Shown: positions 62,269 to 64,000 of the stretch, piece after piece | How positions within the stretch are numbered: position 1 is the first letter of the stretch | How the letters are laid out: the number at the start of each line of letters is the position of its first letter | Source of the DNA: Candidatus Woesearchaeota archaeon | Lineage (GTDB): Archaea > Nanobdellota > Nanobdellia > Woesearchaeales > GW2011-AR9 | Length of the DNA stretch: 64,000 bases | Assembly: GCA_018696595.1 (NCBI GenBank) | Contig: JABHQW010000003.1 | Span: 160,001-224,000 of the forward strand | Reading direction: 5' to 3' | Program-made: the position numbers and the translations under genes | Notes under the pieces: generated by a model | The model's database searches: none | Seen by the model: only the letters and a program-made list of their open reading frames with translations | Told to the model about the DNA's origin: nothing

Positions 62269-64000
62269 TCTCCGTAAGGTGTTTCTAACTCACCTGAAAC
62301 AGTTTGTCCTTGATCTGGAAGTTTGTCGTAAACAATCACAGATTTTTTAGTAACTTCACTATCTTGATAATTTACTGAGACAGTATAAGGATTATCTACT
62401 TCCATACCACCTTCAACCTTTTGTGATTTGATTACTAGAACTTTATCATCTTCACCGTAAAGAACGGTGTAAGCAGTAATCTCTTCAGTGAAATCTTCAA
62501 GTGCAGTGATTAATGTAGCATAGATTCCGTTGTTTGGTTCCACTTCTGTCAAAGTTATTTTTTCTGTTGTTTCTGGAGCTATTGGTTTAGGAAGACAAGC
62601 ACCTTCTTCACAGCCAAATTCGCATTTGTAAAACAAATAAGGTGTAATACTTTCAGCTAAACAGTTCCTTTCTAAAATATAATCCATTTCAGTATCAAAA
62701 GGTTCATCATCAGGATTTAATGGAACATTTCCTCCTTCCCCAGGCGGTAATGCTAAATCAGAACCTACAACACACCCATCATAATCTGTTTTGAATTCTT
62801 CATCATCCCACCATTTAATAGTTCCTTTGGTAAACGGATCACTATCTGGGTCAGTATCTGTACAAATTTTAACACATTCTGCTTCTTCACAAGCTTCTCC
62901 TTCTGCACAATCGGTATTTAACTGACATCCTAGATCTTCAACACAAGCACCGTCTGTATTACAAACATTTCCACCTTCACAAGTACCACAACTTCCACCG
63001 CAACCATCTGAACCGCAAACTTTTCCGCCACATTGTGGTTGACATTCATCACAAACTGGTAAACTTACATCAACACAATCAGCAGATGTATATTGTGAAC
63101 AAAAATCTAACCCAATTAAAGTGCTTAATTGATTGTTTTGATCAATATTAAAACGAACACAACAAGGAAGAACTTCTTCTACGATTAGATTGTCTTGAAG
63201 TTTAAGTGTTTCCAATTTAGTCATACAAGACAGAGCACTAATATCAGTAATATCGTTATCATAAAGATAAAGATTTTTCAAATTGGTCAAACTAGACAAG
63301 GGAGCAATATTAACAATCTCGTTATTATAAATATAAAGATATTCCAAAGCAGTTAGACTAGACAAAGCACTAATATCCACTATCTCGTTATTACTAAGCC
63401 AAAGAGTTCCCAAAGCAGTTAAACTAGACAAAGGATTAATATCAACAATCTCGTTACCACTAAGACTCAGATATGTCAAACCAATTAAACTAGACAATTT
63501 ATCTAAATCCTTGCTAACAAGTCCATTGCCAAAACTTAAAGATTTTAAAGAAGAGAAATATGAATAATCAGACAAAATAGTTAAGTCATCACCATCAAGT
63601 TCATTGCCATTAAGATACAATTTATTTAATTGATTTAAATTAGATAAGGAAGTGATATCAGAAATGTCGTTATTAACAAGATTAAGATATGTCAAACCAA
63701 TTAAATTAGACAAAGGAGCAATATTAATAATATCGTTGTGACCCAGACTAAGAAATGTCAGAAGAGTTAAATCAGACAAATCACTGATATCAACAATTTT
63801 GAAGTTACCATAAAGATTAAGAGATTTCAAACCAGTTAAACTAGATAAGGGAGCAATATTAATAATATCGTTATATTTCAGTATAAGATCTTTCAAATTG
63901 GTCAAACCAGACAAGGGAGCAATATCAACAATGCTGTTATCACCAATATTAAGATCGTTCAAACTAATTAGATTGGATAGGGGAATAATATTAACAATAT
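62265..64000 (-). CDS. Internalin-like leucine-rich repeat surface protein, 5'-truncated by window edge
   Basis: More than 10 repeats of about 22 aa (LSxLTxLxxLxLxxNxIxDIxP); Cys-rich C-terminal modules; frame open to base 64000. Confidence 0.9.
   Translation of the reverse strand, partial: IVNIIPLSNLISLNDLNIGDNSIVDIAPLSGLTNLKDLILKYNDIINIAPLSSLTGLKSLNLYGNFKIVDISDLSDLTLLTFLSLGHNDIINIAPLSNLIGLTYLNLVNNDISDITSLSNLNQLNKLYLNGNELDGDDLTILSDYSYFSSLKSLSFGNGLVSKDLDKLSSLIGLTYLSLSGNEIVDINPLSSLTALGTLWLSNNEIVDISALSSLTALEYLYIYNNEIVNIAPLSSLTNLKNLYLYDNDITDISALSCMTKLETLKLQDNLIVEEVLPCCVRFNIDQNNQLSTLIGLDFCSQYTSADCVDVSLPVCDECQPQCGGKVCGSDGCGGSCGTCEGGNVCNTDGACVEDLGCQLNTDCAEGEACEEAECVKICTDTDPDSDPFTKGTIKWWDDEEFKTDYDGCVVGSDLALPPGEGGNVPLNPDDEPFDTEMDYILERNCLAESITPYLFYKCEFGCEEGACLPKPIAPETTEKITLTEVEPNNGIYATLITALEDFTEEITAYTVLYGEDDKVLVIKSQKVEGGMEVDNPYTVSVNYQDSEVTKKSVIVYDKLPDQGQTVSGELETPYGE

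Overview
AT-rich window from an archaeal genome, most likely DPANN (Woesearchaeota-like). Support for that placement: archaeal 16S/23S signatures, TFS, RtcB, Dph5, ZPR1, OapABC homologues, lipobox and class III signal peptides, and many apparently leaderless genes; the lineage is an inference, not a database result. The window holds a minus-strand 16S-tRNA-Ala(UGC)-23S operon with no linked 5S. Each rRNA carries a tiny ORF-less intron with a clear bulge-helix-bulge (BHB) motif: 94 nt at 16S E. coli position 793, which splits the 806R primer site, and 33 nt in 23S helix 89. Housekeeping genes include nth, metG, tfs, rtcB, mutL, ilvE, dph5, a Ski2/HelY-like helicase, DHH and PHP phosphoesterases and a Ca/Na antiporter. 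Accessory content: a GAF-like/GGDEF protein; a 13.5-kb coupled gene run of giant exported proteins with an embedded HEPN-MNT pair; tandemly duplicated Cys-rich lipoproteins; LRR and TSP1-like surface proteins; a Hanks-type kinase; and a tandem Fis-HTH protein. The strongest novelty candidates are (i) an unannotated 50-aa CxxxC peptide directly upstream of an RRE-like/radical SAM/SPASM enzyme, a putative archaeal RiPP system, and (ii) two ~80-nt GC-rich intergenic elements 43 kb apart that share one fold and a conserved core despite unrelated stems, a putative new structured RNA family, plus a third promoter-bearing ~100-nt rod-like RNA. Family assignments come from motif recognition only; no searches were run.
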